Shown here piece after piece: positions 25,472-38,881 of a DNA stretch of 64,000 bases. Each line of letters starts with the position of its first letter. The stretch's first letter is position 1. The stretch spans positions 4,932,270-4,996,269 of the forward strand of contig MU054212.1 of assembly GCA_013239625.1 (NCBI GenBank), in the 5' to 3' direction. A program made the position numbers and the translations under genes. A model generated the notes under the pieces. That model was not told the DNA's origin. It made no database searches and saw only the letters and a list, made by a program, of their open reading frames with translations. The stretch comes from Lama guanicoe (taxonomy: Eukaryota).

Positions 25472-25911
25472 TACATTGGTGGGTTGAATAGTGACCCACA
25501 ATATTCATGTCTACCTGGACTCTCAGAATATGACCTTAGTTGCAAATAAGATTTTTGCAGATATAATTAGTTAAGAAGAAATCTCATTTGATTAAGGAGG
25601 ACCTTAAATCATTGGTGCCTTTATAAGAAGAGGAAAGGACATATGTGCACAGAGGGTGGAAGGTCATTTGACAATACAGGCAGGAGTTGGAGTGCTGCAG
25701 CTGCAGGTCGAGGCAGGTAATATATGGAGACACCAGAGCTAAGATGAGTCAAGGAAGGATTCTTTCCTTGAGCCTTTAAAGGAAGTGTGGCCCTGCTGAT
25801 ACTTTATTTCAAAGGTCTAGACTGCGGAACTGTGGGAGAAAAAAGTTTTCTGTTATTTTAAGCCATCCAGTTTGTGGCAATTTGTTATGGCAGCCCTAGA
25901 AAACTAATATA
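25472..25911 (+). mobile_element. MLT1B/C-like MaLR solo LTR
   Basis: gggttgaatagtg..ctttataagaagagg..ttttaagccatccagtttgtggcaatttgttatggcagccctagaaaactaatata; 5-bp TSD attac at 25467-25471 and 25912-25916. Confidence 0.9.
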
Positions 25912-26734
25912 ATTACCTTCCAGAGAAAGGAACGTATTGTATTAAAGTAATCTGAGATAAATATTATATAAGAAGTATTATATACATAATATTTATAATA
26001 TTACTCACATAATGCTTAGGAAAAACATACACTTTGTGATGCAAAAATAGAGATTCCTTTAAAAAAAAAGGTAATAAAACTGCTGATGAAAAAGCTAATA
26101 TTTAGGAAAGTGTTTTGTTACTTACCAGTCGCTACACAAATGTTAGTTATACAGAAGTTTATTCATTTTAGCTTCTGCCTCTCTGATATAAATCAGAATG
26201 ATTTAATTTTCCCCACCCACATTTTAAAACTATCATTAGTAGAGATATAAATTATTTCACATGCTTTACACAGTTCATCTCAGTGAAGGATGAAACCTAA
26301 AAATTTGAACTCATAAATCAGGGGCAAGGTAGTAAACAGGCCACTGACTAAATATATGAGAGTTCGATACAATTTCCTCTTAGCTACACTCTTTTCCAGG
26401 GATGCAGAATTAATTAGTAAATTAAATAAATCCCAATTACTTTTGAATGTATATAATGTAAATAATTACAGTCACGTTTTGGGTACCAATACACTATTGT
26501 ACAAAAATTTATGTTTTCTTTCATCTATTTAGTCACTAGTTCTTATTAGAAAAGAACAGTGGGTTATTTGGAATCTAAATTATGTTTCTAACATGTTCTG
26601 AAACATAAGAGAAAACTAATAAATATTGAAATAGTACTATACGTCAAGTTAACAGTGTTGAAATAATAAATATTTATTGAATTTTAATTTAATATATGCA
26701 GGATCCCAGAACATGCAGTGAGAAAAAAAAATGT

Positions 26735-26830
26735 GACAGCTTGCTCAGCCTTCCTTTCTAATAAAATAGAAATAATATCTTCCTCATGAGATTGCAGTAG
26801 GATTAAATGAGATACCATAAGAGTATCTGT
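26735..26830 (+). mobile_element. MIR fragment
   Basis: taaaatagaaataatatcttcctcatgagattgcagtaggattaaatgagata. Confidence 0.65.
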
Positions 26831-26834
26831 CATT

Positions 26835-27100
26835 TGTTTATAGATTCATTCCCTTCCTCCTCTGTTCTGTTCATTATTTCATGGGCTACACCTCTGCAAC
26901 CCGTGTGCTTCTCAGCTTCCAAGACCCTTTGCTTCCAGCTAGGCTTGGCCGGTGGCAGCCCTGGTGGGAGACTAGAAGCTGAGAGTAGAATAAACTAGGA
27001 TGTGCCTCCATCCTTTCCACTTCAGTCAGTAGCTTCAGAAGTGCCTCTGTCTCCTGGGTGGTTTCAACCTCCACTGGGCATCAGCAAGTTCTGCGGATCC
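26835..27100 (+). mobile_element. LTR33-like ERVL LTR fragment
   Basis: ccctttgcttccagctaggcttggccggtggcagccctggtgggagactagaag matches the LTR33 5' half. Confidence 0.6.
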
Positions 27101-27331
27101 TGATCAAAGAAATCAAGTTTAGGAAAATGTCATTACAGTTGCAAATTGCTATGCAAAATATTAGTTATACACCAAAATATGAATTTTAACTTTGAGTTTC
27201 ATCCATCATGTAACTTGGGAGCATTTATTTCTCCCCTCACCCCACATTCTAAAACCAATCATTACTAATGTGTGATTTTTCCAGGCCATTTATAATTCTC
27301 ATCACCCTCTCCTCATCTGTTAATGTTCTTT

Positions 27332-27372
27332 TTATATATATATATATATAAAATATATATATATATATATAA
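27332..27372. repeat. Interrupted (TA)n microsatellite
   Basis: Two TA runs separated by aaa. Confidence 0.9.
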
Positions 27373-28379
27373 ATTATTATTGATAGAATTAATTCTAAAA
27401 CTTCAGAATTAATGTCAAAAATTTAGTATCTTAATCAATTCTCAATATGAGAGAAATAATGTCATTAATATTTAAGCAACATGTTTACCCTCCTGCTCCA
27501 TGATTGTATCCTATCCTGTTTCCACTTCCTATTCATTTCCATTTTTTGCTGTTCTTTCTCTTGCCTGTAAACTTCCATTCCTTGCTTATAAGCAAGAACT
27601 ACTGCCATCTGTCCTGCCAACTTAGCGGGGTTTCTGTAAAGGCAAAATAAGCATCTGCATCTATTAGTGTTTTGTAAACTGTAAAGAATTATTCACATAT
27701 TAGTGTGTCATTTTGCACCAGCTCTTCTTTTTCTTTTCCCCATGAATACCACTGACTTTTATCAAGATTTATTCTTACTGGTTTTTGTTTTGTCCTACCA
27801 AGTATCTTAGATTGCACATTAATTTTATGTGGATGAATCTTGATTCTCTTTCGAATTCTGGCATGATTGGCAACTATCTACTCACAATTCTTATCTGAAA
27901 TTTCTACCACTACCTCATTTTCATAAGGTCCAAAAGCAAACTGCAATATTGCTCAAAAATTGATATATTGGGTTCCAATCTCTGGCTAAAATACTGACAA
28001 CTTTTTACTCCATTTTTCTTATAAACTTTAGCCTTACCTTCAAATACCCAGATTTGTTGATTCTTCTTTCAGAATGTTTCATTTGTGCTTTCTTCCTTTT
28101 GCTGTTTTCAGAGTTTTGCTATCACTACTGTTGATTTTTCCTTTTAACATTTATTTTAAGGACTTATTGAATGCGTCCAATTGTTTTGCACTTAAATCAG
28201 TCAAGATCAGTCAGGAAATCATGACAGATGTTCGTTAGTACCATGTGGAAATTTAACATGGGGTAACAGGTGTGGGAAAGCTGAAAAGACAACAGAAATT
28301 GTTGACACAGTCCGGGAACTAGCAACAGCAGGATGCTGTCACCACTCTGAAGGCTGGAGGGAAAAAAGGGAACAGACTT

Positions 28380-28800
28380 CAGTCCTGTTTTATTAATATT
28401 GTGACTGAAAGTACTGAATTCAATTGTGGGCATCACATCATAAGAAGGATATTAAAAGGTAAGAAGAGAGCTATTATGATAGTGAAATGGCTGGACAATG
28501 TCAAGTGAATAATCGTTCAGAGAACTATAATCATTTTGCATAAAGGATAGATGGAATGGTGGCAACAGGAATTATCAGTTGTTAGCACCAAATACTTGAG
28601 CAATGTTAATGGAAATGCATACTGTATTTTTGTATTATACCTAAGAGAGTTGAGAAGCTTATGACATTAATTTTGGTAAATGTGAAGCCCGACTTTAGAG
28701 TAATTGATGCTGCCCCAAAATATGCTTTGCCCTGAAGATAATGAATACACTATCACAAACTTGATATTAGAGTATTCCCACAAAAGTTGACTTTGAAGCT
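28380..28800 (+). mobile_element. L3/CR1 fragment
   Basis: aagtactgaattcaattgtgggcatcacat..aagaaggatatt..gatagtgaaatggctgga. Confidence 0.55.
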
Positions 28801-30843
28801 AAAGAAAAACGTTAAGACTGTGAAGGAGTAAAAGCAATTAACTTAATAAGTTGTTGCCAAATTTTTAAGTTTAACATTGATGGGGAAGAATATCAAATAT
28901 CAGGGCAAACTGAGTCATTAGGATTTTCACATGAAGAAAATTAAAAATTAAGATGATTCTGGGGTTTTTTTCCTACTAATAATAATTTCATCAATGACTT
29001 CCATGAATGCATTTATTTATGCATTTATGTGTACAAAACCAAGTTGGCAAATAGCCATCGGTATAGATCACGAAAGTTAAGGAGAAAAATCAGTACAGGG
29101 AAGGAACATCAGTGTCAAATGAACTTTCGCATCAAGAAGTAGTCAAATATGCTTACACGCTGTAGTGACAGAGTTTTGCACTAAAGAGAGAAACAAAGAT
29201 TTTACTGTAAATTGGGATAATTAGGTGATAGAATTGACGCAGAGAAGAGTGTAGAGACCTAATCATCCAGTCAAAAGAGAGTCAATAAGGACGAAGGATG
29301 TGGCTGGAGTAGCAAGATTCAGGTCTCATGGGTCTTAAATTTCCCCTCCATAAACAGGGCAAAGAAGCCAAAGTTCTTCCAATTTGCCGTAAAAAATATG
29401 ACTTTCATTTGGCTTCACTTCAGTGTTTTCCTGGGCTTTTCAGCTTCCTTTCACATCTTGTCCTGCCCACTTATATTCCTCAGGGACAGAACACAAGGAA
29501 CTTCATGGAAAAGGCAGGTTGAGGAGCATCAGACATGCTTTCTGTAGACATATGAAGAAAGGATGGGAAAAAAAAATATCTGTATATACACACCCTGATA
29601 ATGTTAGGAGAAGGAGAGTAAAACTGACTTCAGCCTTCAGTAAATAAAGTTCTTATTTCTGAGAATGGCGAGGGTAGATCTGATTTTGAGTTTGAAGAGA
29701 GCACGGCTGTTGGAAATAAACTATGAGAAGTGTATATATTTGAGTAAGAGGATTAGTGAGCATCACTCAGGAAATGACTGAAGATAGAATGTATAACATT
29801 GTGTCAGGTCAAAATTTCATGTTTTGCCATTTCCCGCTGTTAAAATTTTTCATGTCTGTATAAGTGATAAAGAATGCAAATAAAACTGATAATTGAAAAG
29901 CAGTCAAGCTTTTTTTTATCAATAGGAAAACTATTTCCTCACAGAATTTGTTGTAGGAAAGAGTTGGGAATAAGGGAGTTTTGAGAGATTTGGATAAAGA
30001 AGGACTAGAGAAGGAAAAATACACAATATAAAGATGAATTGTGATTTTAAAAAGGGACAGTTCACGTTAAATAGATTGTCAGTTCTAACACGCAATAAAT
30101 TACATAAGCACACATATTATAAACTAAAAACACAAGGTCATATTCTAAGGCAAATATGAAAATATTCTGATTGCTTCATGTTCCTCCTCTTCAATTCAGT
30201 GAGTTTATTATAACAATTTAACAATAAGTTTGTAGATTGCTTCAAGCAAGCTTTGGTTCTGATAGACTGTAGCAGGGTTGACAGAGAGGAGGTTGGAGAT
30301 ATTCCTATCAAACTGTGTGAACAAAAATTACCTTGATAACTTAGTTTGCACAGACTTTATCATCCCCAAGAATATTTCCAATGCATATAGGTGCATCTGT
30401 TAGACTCATTTAGATTAATTAAAGTTCCTTTTAAAATATAATTGCCCAGTAGTACATCTTGAAGCTTTTTCTGTATGCTCTGCAGAAAAAAAATACTCTA
30501 TTATCAAAAGTAAAAATGTTAATTGTTATTATACTTCTGTGGTCAGATTTGGAATTTTGAAAAAAAAATCTTTATTGTGCAGTATATATTTTCCAAATTA
30601 TTCTTTGAGTATAATACTTTTTAGAAAAATATTAATATTTAAATGTGTGTATATGGCATATTCTCTCTATATGTATATGGGTTTGTGTGTGTTTAGAAAT
30701 AGTAATGTGACTCATAAAAGGTATTCTATATTGGAGACTAATTCAGTAAAACATAACAAAAATGTCAAGCATTTCCAAAATTTTAATGTACAATGATGTG
30801 GCCACAATCTGGATGAATATAAAGTGTAATCAAAAGTGGACTA

Positions 30844-31120
30844 TAAATACAAAACAGAAACAGACTTATAGGCATAGAATATGTGGTTGCCAAGGGGGCA
30901 GGGAGTGGGAAGAGATAGACTGGAATTTCAAAATTGTAGAATAGATAAACAAGATTATACTGTATAGCACAAGGAAATATACACAAGATCTTATGGTAGC
31001 TCACAGAGAAAAAAAATGTGATAATGAATATATATATATTCATATATAACTGAAAAATTGTGCTCTACACTGGAATTTGACACAACATTGTAAAATGATT
31101 ATAAATCAATAAAAAATTTT
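30844..31120 (+). mobile_element. Young 5'-truncated artiodactyl/camelid-type L1 3' end
   Basis: aaaacagaaacagact..tggttgccaagggg..gataaacaag..tactgtatagcaca..acacaacattgtaaa, AATAAA at 31108; perfect 12-bp TSD aaaagtggacta (30832-30843, 31121-31132). Confidence 0.92.
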
Positions 31121-31430
31121 AAAAGTGGACTAATGGACAAAACAGCAGAGGGTGTTCAGTAACTATTTCAATAAGCATGGAGGAACCAGAAGAAAAGAAG
31201 TCTGTGATTCTGGGAGAAGAATACCTATTTAAACTTTTGCAGGGCAAGGAGACCGAAATAATGATCAAGTTGATGTTATCCTGGTCAGCAGCTGGTGCAG
31301 AGTTGAGAAAAACAATGAAACAGAAGACAAGGCAAAACTAACCCACTCTAGAAATATTATCTATCATGAGCAAAAGCACAGTGATTAGAAATAGGAAAAA
31401 TAATAAGAATCGTGTTTAACAACAGTAATG

Positions 31431-31595
31431 TTTGCTTTTCTTACATTTCTGAGTCTATCTATAAAGATAAAGCGATTTTAACTAATTTAATTTAGAGTCA
31501 ACTAATTTAGATTGATATAAAAGATGTATCAGTTTCCAGAAGTCTGAAAATCGCTTTATCTTTATAGATAGACTCAGAAATGTAAGAAAAGCAAA
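31431..31595. repeat. Perfect 49-bp inverted repeat with 67-bp spacer
   Basis: 31431-31479 is the exact reverse complement of 31547-31595. Confidence 0.97.
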
Positions 31596-32479
31596 AACAG
31601 TTAAATTAGAGGAAATGGCAAAGTAATTTTTGTGTTCAAGTGATACCTGCTTATACCCCAAAACTGTGTGATTACCTAGAACCATGGTCATGCACCAAAA
31701 GTAAGAAGTTCAGTGTTTTAAACTGACAATAGTTGTTATGTCTTTAATGGGCTGTTTTCTAAAAGAGCAGACTAAAGTAGGAGGAAGCCCTTTCAAAATT
31801 TATTAAAAGAAAAACACAATTATAGCAACTTCTATTTAGACTAGAAAGGGTAATTCCAGGGATCCAAAACTGCCCTGTTGGCATTTATCTTGAAAATGTC
31901 AGACAGTCTGTTATGAAACAATATGGTTGCCTGTGTGAAGAACTATGTTCATGCCAAAGCAGCTAGTAGGCAGATCATTAACAAACTGTATAAACAGAGA
32001 AGCAAAACGATGGCTCCCCTAAGGAGATAAAGTATTTATGTATCTTGGCTCAGAATTCACTTGTTTTCAGCCCAAAAGGTAGTCCCATACAAAGATACCA
32101 TCTGTCCAGTAAAGTAAAACAAACTTTGGGTTTCAAATGATATAGACTATAACAATCCAAATTCATGTGAATGTAAATGAACATCTTCTCTTACTCTAAA
32201 GAAAGGAAAGCTGTTTTACTTGTGGCAATTTGTTATGTTTTTAGGCTCACCCAGAATGAATAGACTACTACAACATGTTAAAATACGTGAATATAAGGGA
32301 GATTGCTGAATCAGAAATTAATTAAATATTCCTGCCTTTCCATCCTAACTGTCCAATCCAATTAGACCTCAGTGCAGAGGGTTAAATTAATCTTAGTCCT
32401 CTGTTATTGGCACAATATCATCATAAGCACCCACCTGGACCCTCTAATTGACTATTAATTTGATTTTATTCATGTGCAA

Positions 32480-33170
32480 TTCTCCCATCCATCTCTCATA
32501 CTACTGAGAGCCATTCAAGTAGACTTCATTCGTTCATGTAAAATGTGTTTAGTAATACATGTTTTATTAATACACATCAAGATAATTTGCACTATATCTC
32601 ATTTTTTTCTTTCTTATTTCCTTGAGACATATTTTTTTAAGTTCAATCCCTGTGACTAAACTTTTGTCTAGTTGATTACTTTTAACTTTATTGTATACTA
32701 TGATATTTATCCTCTACATTTTACCTACTGTCCTTCCCAGTTACCTAGATTCCTACCATACACATAATACCTCTCACAAACATTATCATAAAGAGTATTT
32801 TTGTACACAGTCTGTAATAGATCTGTGCGAGAGAAAAAATATTATATATGATGGAATTTCTTATTCATAGGATATTGTATGAGATCATTTTATTTTTAGC
32901 TTGGCTGTTGTCATACTGCTTACTAAAATGACTGCAACTTCTGAAATTCCTGATAGGTACATAAATATTTGTACGTATCAACATTCCCACAGACAAATAG
33001 CATTATCCAGTTGTCTAAGTTTTGCGAATAAGTGTAAAAACTGTAAAGTGTGTGCTTAATCTCTCTTTTTCTATCAATTCACTTTTTTCCCTAATTAGTA
33101 ATAAATATGATCATCCCTTCATACACCAGTTAATCTTGTGGTTTTATTTTTTAGCAAATTACCTAATTGC
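32480..33170 (-). mobile_element. Ancient L1 (L1ME-like) 3' region
   Basis: Degenerate reverse L1 3' motifs (tgtcatactgct..aaaatgactgca, acattccc..agcatt, tccctaattagtaataa). Confidence 0.5.
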
Positions 33171-33304
33171 CAAATTGTACACTGAAATTAAGAATGTCTT
33201 GGTATTATGAAGCTTTAATGATAATTCTAAGGGAAGGTTGATTGTATGTGAATACCAAAGACAGCATCATTATGTGAAGTGATGCAGAGCCAAAGGGGAT
33301 GCCT

Positions 33305-33525
33305 TGCCTGGTAGTTAGGAGTCACATTTCCTGAGTCAGTACCCTTATCCTCAACGCCTTACTACTTGTATCATCTTTAAATATTGTGACAGTGTTTTCT
33401 CTTTTAAAAAGTGGGCATCCTATTAGTACTCACTCCGTAGAGTTTTGGGGAGATTAAATTAAATAATATACAAGAAGAGACTAAAAACAAAGCCCGATTC
33501 TTGTAAGCACTGAATAAATGAATAT
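33305..33525 (+). mobile_element. MIR
   Basis: ttaggagtca..cttactacttgta..gggagattaaattaaataatata..gtaagcactgaataaatg. Confidence 0.65.
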
Positions 33526-35029
33526 TTTAAGAACAATTCCCCCTCTATTTTCCATTAATAATTTTAGATTTTTCTTATTCTGTACAATTTTACTACATAA
33601 TGTTATGAAGTAAATTAAATATTAATGAAGGGACATAAATTACATTCAGACGAGCTTCAGATATTCACATCAGCCTCCTCTGGCCATTTTGCTATGTAGT
33701 AAATATTCTGTCTTTCTTTCATAGCTGAGTTGAACAACTCATATCAGGATATAAACTGAGAAGCCTAAAACACATTTGCTCAGCATCCTCCCTACATGTG
33801 TGATATGTTCTGATTAGATGTTTTTATTTAAAAGGTTACCAGGGCAACAGATGCTATCTTAAAATTTAACTAAATAATGCTTTCTACAAAGGCAAACATT
33901 TGTAGATTCATGCATCTCATTCTCCTTCCACCCTTGCTTCATTTATCTTCAGCTGTTTTTTAATCTATAAGCAAAATCTTAGTTGCAAAGGTTAATGTCT
34001 CTCTTGTTCCTAATTAGATGAAATTTGCCACCTCTAGCTATGAATTTAGTTCAAATATCTCCACATCTTATGATGCTCATAAAGTAAATGTGTTTAGGAA
34101 AACAGTATAAAATTATGAACCACCTTACAAAAATCTGTTTACATAATTTTATGAGCAGCTGTTGAAATTCTAAAAAAATAAAATAAAGAGTGCACTTTTA
34201 ATCAGGGTGAAGACTTTTCCCTCAGCATTAGTTAAAAAAAAAAAGAAAGAATCACTGAGAAAACTTCGTCAAAGAAACATATTTGAAGGCCAAATGCTTA
34301 ACAGAAATCCAGTTTAGCCTGTTGTCTCAATGGCAAGGGTTTATTTTAGAGTTTTCATTTCAATAGAGGTACAATTTGTTACACATTTAATGTACTCACT
34401 CCTAATTAACTACATATTAATGACTATTTTGAAAATTGAAATATTTCTTCCTGACAAAACTAAGATGGAAGCTAGAATATGAAATTCTGAAAATTGAAGT
34501 CCTGTGACTGGCCAAATCTCATGATTTAGCTGACCAGGAAATATCCTAATGATCATACAAATACTTTGCTGGATTTCAATATCTGATCATTTTGGTACTG
34601 GTTTAATAACTTCAGTAAATCGTTTGGAAACATAGTCCTGCAATTTAAATTGCATTTGAGTTGTTCTGGATAGCAAGGGATATTTTGAAGATGTATATTT
34701 GCTTGTCATTAGTTTTACTTTTTCTTTAAATGTATTTATTTACTTACTTACTGGTTTGTTGCTCTTCTGTAACCAGCACCCCCCCATTAATCACTTCCTA
34801 AATATTATTGACGTATTTCTTATGTATTACTGATTTATGTTCTCCTTGAGTCCCCTTTTATTTAGTGCTGTTTAATACATACGTATAAGCGTATGGATTT
34901 ATGCATATATGGGTAGAGAAAAATATAACTCAGTAAGGTAAAATATTTGAACTAGGTGATAAATAGAATAAAGTTAAAAATGGAAGAGAAAAGTATGAGT
35001 GAATTTACGAGGAAAAACTGTATGCATGG

Positions 35030-35300
35030 CAGGGTTATATAATATTGTAGGTAAGAGCATAGATTTGGAGTTAGACAATGTTAGGTTTAAATTCCTTTTT
35101 GCATATATACCTGACTTTGGACAGATTAGTTCTCTAAGCTTTGTTAGTCTCAAATATACATTTATATATCAGTACTTGCCTCGCAGAGGTGATGTAAAAA
35201 AAAAACAAAACAACAAGTTATGAAGTGCCTAAAAGCATTTTTATCTGTATCTAGAGAGTAGTAAGTGTTCAATAAATACTAAATATGATCATGATGATAA
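35030..35300 (+). mobile_element. MIR (near full length)
   Basis: gtaagagcatagatttggagttagac..tgactttggac..gtacttgcctcgcagagg..tagtaagtgttcaataaata. Confidence 0.75.
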
Positions 35301-36176
35301 TGCCTTATGCAGTTCATATAGCTTTCAATTTTATTGTGACAAACACTTAAAAATAGTTATGAGACCTCCTTTTTTTTTCCATGAAATTAAATGCAGCCAT
35401 AGCCCTGGTGAAATACAACTATGTTCAATAAAAACATCAACATTCTCTAATGCATTCTTACGAATAACTCATTGACAAGTATTAGAAGACTTAGTACAAT
35501 TAACATCCTTTGCTATAGGCTGATGGCTAAAAGACATATTGCAATTTTGTAAAAGAAAATGGGAGTGGGTTTGGAGGGAAGGTTTGGAAGAACAGAATGT
35601 CTTCTAAATAGTCCAAATAACAAATTGAATAAATCCAGAAAGTCATCATAACTATGTAAAGGAGCGGATAAACTAGTTTTGCCTCTTTTTGAGATTTTTG
35701 GTATATGCAAGTGGCTGAATATTTTTGAGATTACAGTTTTCTGTTACTCATTGAAACCATGTTACGATATTTTATAATGCCAAAGCATAGGATTTAGTGT
35801 TAATCAGAAAGGATAAAGTAGGCCTAATGATCTCCTAATATTTCCAAAAATGCCAGTTTGTGTGAATTTAAAAGTGAAGTATCACATCTGTTTGTCTCTG
35901 CCTCCCTCTCTCCCAGTATCACTTTTCCCATTCTCTCCTTGCCCTTTATTTTCCTATGCATGGAGAAAAAACAAACAAATAAACAAATCCAATATAGGTA
36001 AATGGATACTCCCAGAATTATAGAATGTTCTAAGAGGTACAAGTGAAGCCTATTAGACCTCCTGGCCTCATAAGTTCTGGGAACCACTGAAACCCATTCA
36101 AAGAGAGGTTAATGGGTTTTGATCCAATCAGTTCTTCCAAGGTCCTTTATGGTTGTTCTGAAATGGCATAACTGGT

Positions 36177-36412
36177 TCACAAGAACCTCATGTCAAATTG
36201 AAGCTGTTTCCAGTGCCAGAGGGAAAAAATCTTAGGGTCACTTGGAGCACTATTAAACTGCGTAAGCTGTTCTAGAGAAGGAGGAGAGAAAATCAGAATT
36301 CCACGGGAGTTATGAATTGTTGTAGAAAATTTTGAGGTAGTAGTAGCTAAGTGTTCATGGTTTATTGTGAATTTTATATGAGGACCATGACATGAATAGA
36401 AATCTTTGGTTC
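36177..36412 (-). CDS. Candidate exon, open for about 78 codons after a strong acceptor; 3' boundary uncertain
   Basis: Acceptor cccattcctcctcttgacAG| (AG at 36413-36414), phase 1: TKDFYSCHGPHIKFTINHEH...IFSLWHWKQLQFDMR; no convincing donor. Confidence 0.3.
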
Positions 36413-36464
36413 CTGTCAAGAGGAGGAATGGGTCCAAAGGGATAGACAAGAGTCACACATTACT

Positions 36465-36840
36465 GAATGTAGAGGTCAAGGGTGTAAATTCAGGATTTGA
36501 ATCACAATATCCCATTCATTACCTTTGAGAACTTAGTTACCTAAACTTTCTCCTAATGTTTCTCATCTGTAAAATGAGAGTAATATAGATAAAACACATA
36601 GAACAGTGTCTGGCACAAATAAATTACATGTACGTGTTTGTTCAATGTGTATATGCTATGGTCTGTATTCTCATGTATTATCTTGATGAAATTATTCTTA
36701 AAGTCATTCTTAAGTAGGTGATTCATTTTCTATAATTCAAACTGGAGGTTTGGACTTTGAGGTTTAGAAAATTGCCTAAACTCGTAGTAAACTAGGGTTT
36801 AAACTCCAGGTTATTTTGATTCTCGTTCCAATGCACTTGG
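36465..36840. mobile_element. Two MIR fragments (plus about 36465-36650, minus about 36715-36840)
   Basis: tttctcatctgtaaaatgagagtaata..agaacagtgtctggcaca; tgaggtttagaaaattgcctaa..gggtttaaactccagg. Confidence 0.65.
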
Positions 36841-38639
36841 TTATTGTTGTTTTGTTTTGTTTAAGCTGGAATATACGGGCCCTGTGGGCTGATTTTTTTT
36901 AACATAAGAATAAGCATCCAGATTTTTTCTCCAGTGATACACAAAGGCTGCTAAACTAGTTGGCCAAGTTATCTCCAAAGGGGGTCTGGAGGAGTCACAA
37001 TGGGGCAGAGAGTAAGTGTGCTTGTGTAGGTAAAAGTGAATGTTACGGCTTTATTCTTGCACGCACTTTAGACCTCTTGACTAATACTTGCCTCATGTGG
37101 TTGTGACATTGGAAACATATATCCCAGTTCCGAGTTCTAGCCCATAATGACTTTGTTTAGTAGTCTCTATGTTGGAATCATGTCGGTGACAATTTCACAG
37201 TAGCTTTGTAGCATTTAAAATGCTAGGAGTTCATGTGTCTGTAAAAGGAGTTTCTGAAAAAAATCACTGTGAGCAGAACATACAGAAATAATTGTCTTTC
37301 AGTGCCTCAAGCATGCTCTCACCAATCCAATTTTAGAGTAGAAACAAAACAGAGCAGAGGGGTAGTAACAGCTATGTTTTAGAAGATGAGGCAGAAATAT
37401 TAGATGATTTGGGGAATGTCTATAGATTGAGGGTTTTTTTTTTCCCCCAGCTAGCCCCAAGGGACGAAAAACATGAAAAGAAAAAAAAAATTGAGATGAA
37501 TATGAGTAACTCTTCTCAATAGGCTGAAGCCTGACACCAAAAAAATAAAGCATAGCATTAAAATCATAAAAAATGAATAAAATGAATGACTGTCTAAATG
37601 GAGATACAGAAGAAGCAGCATCACTATACACATGGCATACTTCTGATTTCATATAGTATAAGGAGTACTCTTATAGTATTAGTCATTTTTTTAATCCAAA
37701 TGCATTTTTTACCTAGTGGAGCTTTATCAATTCATAATTTTTTCATGAAGCATTAGTAAAACAATCAGAAAGCAAGTAAAATATGAAACTGATTGACATA
37801 CTAGAGTTTATGATATGATACCCGTTGTGAAAATTTGAGGTTATATACTTTTTAAATTTAATTTAAATATAATGTTGAACATTGGGGTTTCTATTCAGAT
37901 GCTTTTTATTGAGAAAATTCAATTTGCAATCAAAGCAAAGCCTACTAAAAATTTTAAGAGTTAATCTGTTTAGATTTTTAAAGCGTTGTGTCAATAAATA
38001 ACAGATTTGACTATTTTTCCATTAATGGTTGCAAATTATTTCTCAAAAGTAATCAAGTTGTTTGGATTTTATGGCAAACTCAAAGGTAAATGCTAGGAAA
38101 CTGTACCTATAGCATACAATATTAAATAAAATATATATTAATGGTGAATATTTGTATAGTAGATTTTACTTCTGAAATGTTTTTGAACCATTTATTGGTT
38201 GGCATATCAGTAAATGTTCCTCCTATAATCAGCTTTATCTCTCCACAACATCACTTGATACATTTTACTTAAAGAAGATTTTACTGAAGTGTGAGTTTTA
38301 TCCTGTATGATTAATTTAATATTCCTTTGAATGAAGATTTTCTCCTTAAGAAACTGGTAACTGTAATTATGCTGATGTATTTGGTCTTAGATAAGTGATA
38401 AATCTTTTGCATTCCGATGCTACAAAACAATAATCTACTGGAATGAAATGAAAAATTTTTTAAAACGTCAATCAATGCAAAGCTAAATATTTATAGATAT
38501 ATTTGATCCAAAAAGTCATTCCTTCCCATGTAAAATGCTTATTATTTAATACCTACCCAAAGGTGTCTAGGTATGCAAGTTTGCAGAGCAGACAAAGATA
38601 CCATACTCCACTGCCTAGCTGGGCCAGAGTTCGGATGTG

Positions 38640-38881
38640 TTTATAATGTTTGGCACCTCACTGTCTGCATTGCTGATATGCATGGAGACGTCTTGTTGTG
38701 CTTTATTTTATTTTGGAGGAGGGGTGGAGGCAGGAAGCCTGGTGATTCTGTGGCTGACCCAGACACAAGGGATGTGAGTTTTAAAAATTTGTTCTCTTCA
38801 TATGGGTTTGAACCCTTCTGTTTAGAAGCACCGGACCCAGAAGCTGAGAGAGCTATTTATTTTTATGCAATATTGGTAAGT
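38640..38881 (+). promoter_or_regulatory. Candidate alternative first or short exon region with two consensus 5' splice sites
   Basis: Repeat-free, locally G-rich; donors GAT|GTGAGT (38774) and TTG|GTAAGT (38876); possible acceptor ccttctgtttAG (38824-38825); ATG CAA TAT TG just before the second donor. Confidence 0.3.

Noticed and set aside
31431..31595. Inverted repeat as a MITE
   Set aside because: No TA or 8-bp TSD, no recognisable TIR motif, and perfect arm identity conflicts with the ancient DNA transposons seen here
37299..37652. 117-aa minus ORF
   Set aside because: F-rich translation of A/T runs with no splice-site support
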